From the NCBI GenBank assembly GCA_963738405.1, contig CAVTWJ010000022.1, positions 64,001 to 128,000 of the forward strand: a stretch of DNA of 64,000 nucleotides, in the 5' to 3' direction. This document shows positions 60,301-64,000 of this stretch, one piece after another (position 1 is the first letter of the stretch; each line of letters begins with the position of its first letter). Under the pieces are notes generated by a model, which saw only the letters and a program-made list of their open reading frames with translations, did no database searches and was not told the origin of the DNA. Position numbers and translations under genes: made by a program. This stretch comes from a candidate division FCPU426 bacterium. Lineage in GTDB: Bacteria > Oederibacteriota > Muellerivitia > Muellerivitales > Muellerivitaceae.

Positions 60301-60750
60301 TTAAACCCCCGTGTGACCGAAACCGCCCTCGCCCCGGCGCGTCTCATCGAGCTTCGAGACCTTTTGAATCTTCGCTTGAACAACGGGGGATATTAAAAGT
60401 TGGGCCACCCGGTCGCCCCTCTTGAGGGTCACCGATTCTTTTCCCAAATTGATGACCAAAATTTTTACCTCGCCCCGATAGTCTGAGTCGATGGTTCCGG
60501 GGGCGTTGGTGAGGGTCAACCCCTGTTTCATGGCCAAACCGCTTCGTGGCCGGACGCAGCCCTCGAAACCGGGCGGAATCGCCATTTTGAGGCCCGTGGG
60601 TACCACGCCCCGGTCGCCCGGCGCTAGGACTAGTTCCTCCAACAGCGCAGCCTTTAAATCCAACCCGGCCGAGCCTTCGGTGGCATAGGCGGGCAAGCCC
60701 ATATCCTCATTGCCAGGGAGGATTTCGATTTCAAGAAGGGGTTGTTCCAT
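60301..60750 (-). CDS. dut: dUTP diphosphatase
   Basis: SAGLDL, RPRSGLA, GTIDSDYRGE, RVAQL, RGEGGFGHTG. Confidence 0.98.
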   Translation of the reverse strand: MEQPLLEIEILPGNEDMGLPAYATEGSAGLDLKAALLEELVLAPGDRGVVPTGLKMAIPPGFEGCVRPRSGLAMKQGLTLTNAPGTIDSDYRGEVKILVINLGKESVTLKRGDRVAQLLISPVVQAKIQKVSKLDETRRGEGGFGHTGV

Positions 60751-60766
60751 GGGTTCTAGTGAGCTG

Positions 60767-62356
60767 TCAAGTCTGTGGGATGGAGGCGCGGACCTTGTCC
60801 TTCAGGGCCTGAAACGCCTCGGGACTGTAGCAAAAGTAAGGATACTGCCGATAGGCCAGCACATCCCGGGTTTGCTTAAGTTGCTCCAAATCCATCTTGC
60901 CCTTTTCAAGGACTTTTAAGGCTTCGGTCAGCCCCTCGTACAGGGTTGGATTGATTGTTTTGATTTTCATGGACGCTTCGGTTCTTTGTGTGGGATTTTT
61001 GAGCAGTTCCACCCACTTCACTTTTTCCGCCGCCATTTTGGCCAGTTCCGGATTTTTCAGGCAGGTTTGAAAGGCCGCCTGCATAAAGGGAGGCAGTTCG
61101 GTTTTCCATGTTTCACTGCGGGTGAAAAGGTATTCAGGATTCTTCTCAAGGATTCGTTCCCAAGACAGGATTTTTTCTTCGAAAGAAAGGATCTTGTCCA
61201 TGGATTCACTTTCTTTCGGGTCCACCAGCCAGGTGGCCGTGGCGGTTCCAAACACAGGCGGCTTCACCCCCAGCACCTTCTCAATGAATATATCGTTTAC
61301 TTCCTCGTAAGAACTTCCCCCCATGCCATGGATGAAGAAATCACAAAGATACATGCGGCAAAAAAAAGTCTGGGGAAGAGCTTTGGGCCATATCTTGATG
61401 GGCAGGGTGGCCAATTCGGCTTTCAGATTGTCATGGCTGGCCTGAAAGGTTCCTTCGCCGCCCTTGATCTTGAGAACCAGGTGCCGCCCGTCGTTTTTGG
61501 CCCAGAGTGACTGCCTTTGGTTGTATTTGGTCATGCCCCAGAAGGGTATCTCAAACCACCAGCTCTCGAATTTCAGGTTGGGCAGTGGGGTCAGGTCATG
61601 CTTAATGCCATACCTTGCGCGGTAATCGTTGAGGGCCTTGTTGTAAGCCTCGGTCAGTTCAGGCAGATGGGACATCCAATAGGAAAGAAATTCATAATAG
61701 GGATCGGTTTCCCAAAGGCGGTGGGCTTCCAGGTACAGCCTTTGGGTTTGGCTTAGGGCGTCCAGGTATTTCAGGGTGGAAATATGAAACTGATTCCAGG
61801 TTGAATTTTTAAGAAGGTCCTTCAAAAGCCGGTCTTCGATTCCCTGCATGGCGGTCTTGACCGAAGCCGGACAGTAGGTTTGGGCCTCGGAAAAAATATG
61901 TTTGAGCGCCTCGTGGTCGGGCGCCGGCATCATGGCATAGGGGGTTGTTTTTTCCTGTTCGATGAATTCTTTGTTTTTGTAGAAATGGAGAACCTTCTTG
62001 CGAGCCTTGCCGTTATCTTCCACCTCAGGAAGATAATGGAGATACTCAATGGCCAGAGCCGTATCGGTCAATTTATGGCAGGCGGTTCCTTGGACTGATT
62101 CGGCCAAATAGGAGGCGGCCAAACACTTGGTCCATATGCCGGGATGGAAAAAAATGGGCTGGTGCCCCGAAAGAATGAGAGGCTGGTCCGTGGGCAGTTT
62201 CAGTGCCGCGCGAACCTTCAGCGCGTTCTGGCCCCAAACCAGACCCTTCACGGCCTTTTCACGATTCCGAAGAGCTTCTTCTTTCCAAGCGGAAAGGGGC
62301 GGATTGAAAAAAAGGTCCCCGTGGCGTTTTGGAATCTGGTCCGTGAACTCAACCAT
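60767..62356 (-). CDS. Uncharacterised protein, distantly BshC-like
   Basis: 529 aa; ILSGHQPIFFHPG.W.K and DFFIHGMGG..Y resemble the two Rossmann motifs of BshC; C-terminal coiled coil. Confidence 0.55.
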   Translation of the reverse strand: MVEFTDQIPKRHGDLFFNPPLSAWKEEALRNREKAVKGLVWGQNALKVRAALKLPTDQPLILSGHQPIFFHPGIWTKCLAASYLAESVQGTACHKLTDTALAIEYLHYLPEVEDNGKARKKVLHFYKNKEFIEQEKTTPYAMMPAPDHEALKHIFSEAQTYCPASVKTAMQGIEDRLLKDLLKNSTWNQFHISTLKYLDALSQTQRLYLEAHRLWETDPYYEFLSYWMSHLPELTEAYNKALNDYRARYGIKHDLTPLPNLKFESWWFEIPFWGMTKYNQRQSLWAKNDGRHLVLKIKGGEGTFQASHDNLKAELATLPIKIWPKALPQTFFCRMYLCDFFIHGMGGSSYEEVNDIFIEKVLGVKPPVFGTATATWLVDPKESESMDKILSFEEKILSWERILEKNPEYLFTRSETWKTELPPFMQAAFQTCLKNPELAKMAAEKVKWVELLKNPTQRTEASMKIKTINPTLYEGLTEALKVLEKGKMDLEQLKQTRDVLAYRQYPYFCYSPEAFQALKDKVRASIPQT

Positions 62357-62370
62357 GAGGACGTCCTTTC

Positions 62371-63090
62371 TTAAATCTTGGCCTTGGCCAAGGGCAGACC
62401 TAATGACTTGGCCTCCCGCTCCATCACTTCCAGGTAATGGTTCAATCTTTCGTCCCGGGTGGCAAACCGGTTGTTGAAATTCCGGGTATGGTCTTTATAA
62501 ATCAAAGGAACCGCGCATTCGGTAACGGTCAACCCGGCCTTGGCAGCTTGAAGCCAGAGCTGGATCGGAAACCCGTAATTAGTCTCGGTCAAGGTCAGTT
62601 TTTTCAACCCCTCCACCCGATAGCCTTTAAACCCGCAGAAACTATCGGTCAGATTATAACCCGTTAAATGCCTCAACTTCTCCGTAATGATGGTGTTGAC
62701 TTCCAACCTCTCGGGCGGCGGATGATCGGTGGCCAGGAGGGGGTTCAAATAGCGGCTTCCTGACACGATATCGAAGGCCCCCAAATCCTCCAAAATTTTG
62801 GGGATAAAAGCCGGTTCATGTTGTTCATCGGCGTCCAGGGTGACGCAGGAGGAATAACCATGGTTGATCACGAAGCGAAAACCATCCATCAAGGTTTGTC
62901 CATAACCCTGATTTTCGTCGTGGCGAATAATCGCTGTTATCTTCAATCGTTCCAGAATCGAGGGCGTGGCGTCGGTAGATCCGTCATCCACGACCACCAC
63001 ATCGCCTCCCTTAAAATCGGAAAGCTTTTTGACGACCCTTTCCAAAGTGGGGGCTTCGTTATAGACAGGCAGGAGAATAGCGTACCGCAT
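62371..63090 (-). CDS. Glycosyltransferase family 2 (polyprenol-phosphate glycosyltransferase/DPM1-like)
   Basis: LPVYNE, VDDGSTD, NQGYG, LDADEQH, DIVSGSRY, TDSFCGFK. Start taken at ATG 63090. Confidence 0.92.
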   Translation of the reverse strand: MRYAILLPVYNEAPTLERVVKKLSDFKGGDVVVVDDGSTDATPSILERLKITAIIRHDENQGYGQTLMDGFRFVINHGYSSCVTLDADEQHEPAFIPKILEDLGAFDIVSGSRYLNPLLATDHPPPERLEVNTIITEKLRHLTGYNLTDSFCGFKGYRVEGLKKLTLTETNYGFPIQLWLQAAKAGLTVTECAVPLIYKDHTRNFNNRFATRDERLNHYLEVMEREAKSLGLPLAKAKI

Positions 63091-63194
63091 TTTAAAAGGA
63101 AGCTCCCTTCGGCGAATCAATCCCTTTGATTTACGAACCTTTGATGGGGAATTCAAGACAATAACCCTACAAATCCCTTAACGCGGTTTTTCCG

Positions 63195-64000
63195 CTATTG
63201 GGGAAGGGTCGCGATATCCGAGGGGGTGGGTTGAACGATATCAACGGGAACCAGCTGGATGGAGGGAGTAGGTGTGTCGGCGACCTGAACGGCGGGTGGA
63301 TTTGCCGCAACGGGAGGAGCAGGCGATCCATTTGAAATAACCGGAAGCGAAGGAGGGGCGGAAGCCCCTGTATCCGTATTAGAATTCTCGGCCGGTTTGG
63401 GCCCGCTCCACATGTTGTTCTTGTCGGGAACCGGCGTGGGGGTGGGAACCGCCTGACTTTGCTGAAGCTTGGCTTGGAAGGCAGCTTCTTGTTCAGCTTG
63501 TTTTTTCGTCAAGAGGGGTTTTCGGATATCGTCGATATGCTTTTGGACCGACGTATCCGACGGGTTCAGGGCCGCGTATTTTTGCCAATGGTAAAGAGCC
63601 AAACCCATCTCGTCGTTGCGTTCATAGATTTTCGCCACTTGCCGGTGGGCTACCGCTTGACGGTCGTCAAATGAAAGAATCTTCATGTATTCATTGCGCG
63701 CGTTGGGCCAGTCCCGGAGATCCTCATAATGCTGGGCCAGCTGATAGTGAGCCGGGATGTTGGAGGGATTCAAATCGGTCGCAGCTTGATATTGCTCCAC
63801 CGCTTGTTTTCCATGACCTTCTTGGGTGTAAACATCCCCCAATTTCGACCGTGCAGAGGTATTTAGGGGGTTTACCTCCAGGGATTGGCGATAATAGGCG
63901 AAAGCCTCTTCATTTCGGTTCTGGGCTTGGTAAATGTCGCCCAAACGTTCGTAAACTTCCGAATTTTCAGGGAAGGCTTTAATTGCTTTTTTAATTTCAT
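63195..64000 (-). CDS. TPR-repeat protein with Pro-rich tail (5' end outside window)
   Basis: Frame is open to the window edge (EIKKAIKAFPENSEVYERLGDIY...); at least 4 TPRs. Confidence 0.88.
   Translation of the reverse strand, partial: EIKKAIKAFPENSEVYERLGDIYQAQNRNEEAFAYYRQSLEVNPLNTSARSKLGDVYTQEGHGKQAVEQYQAATDLNPSNIPAHYQLAQHYEDLRDWPNARNEYMKILSFDDRQAVAHRQVAKIYERNDEMGLALYHWQKYAALNPSDTSVQKHIDDIRKPLLTKKQAEQEAAFQAKLQQSQAVPTPTPVPDKNNMWSGPKPAENSNTDTGASAPPSLPVISNGSPAPPVAANPPAVQVADTPTPSIQLVPVDIVQPTPSDIATLPQ

Overview
64-kb chromosomal window from a moderately GC-rich diderm bacterium, with most genes on the minus strand. The many Thr/Pro-linker surface proteins suggest a poorly studied lineage such as FCPU426 or Goldbacteria; this is inference only. 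The core backbone is queE-queC, a cold-shock gene, a cobA/btuR-type adenosyltransferase, a PyrR-attenuated pyrR-pyrB-pyrC-carA-(orf)-carB operon, a MacAB/LolCDE-like ABC exporter, pyk, era, phoH-ybeY-hemolysin/CorC-PHP, aspS, hisS, dut and a PAS kinase/response-regulator pair. Cell-surface genes include three Thr/Pro-rich secreted proteins, a type IV pilin, a beta-barrel-LysM fusion, a WecA-like transferase, three GT-C-like membrane proteins, two glycoside hydrolases and an LpoA-like lipoprotein. Most notable: (1) a small accessory island at about 49.0-52.7 kb with an internally duplicated ParB-like protein (one module keeps the Arg-patch motif, the other has lost it), a HigBA-type toxin-antitoxin pair and an AT-rich SIR2-like protein, a candidate undescribed defence or DNA-sensing module; (2) at least two families of 90-150 bp palindromic MITE-like elements, plus a hairpin-bearing in-frame insertion inside the Zn-binding motif of QueC; (3) a BshC-like/GT2 gene pair. 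No tRNA, rRNA, CRISPR array, integrase or transposase was recognised. All family assignments come from reading motifs by eye; no searches were run.
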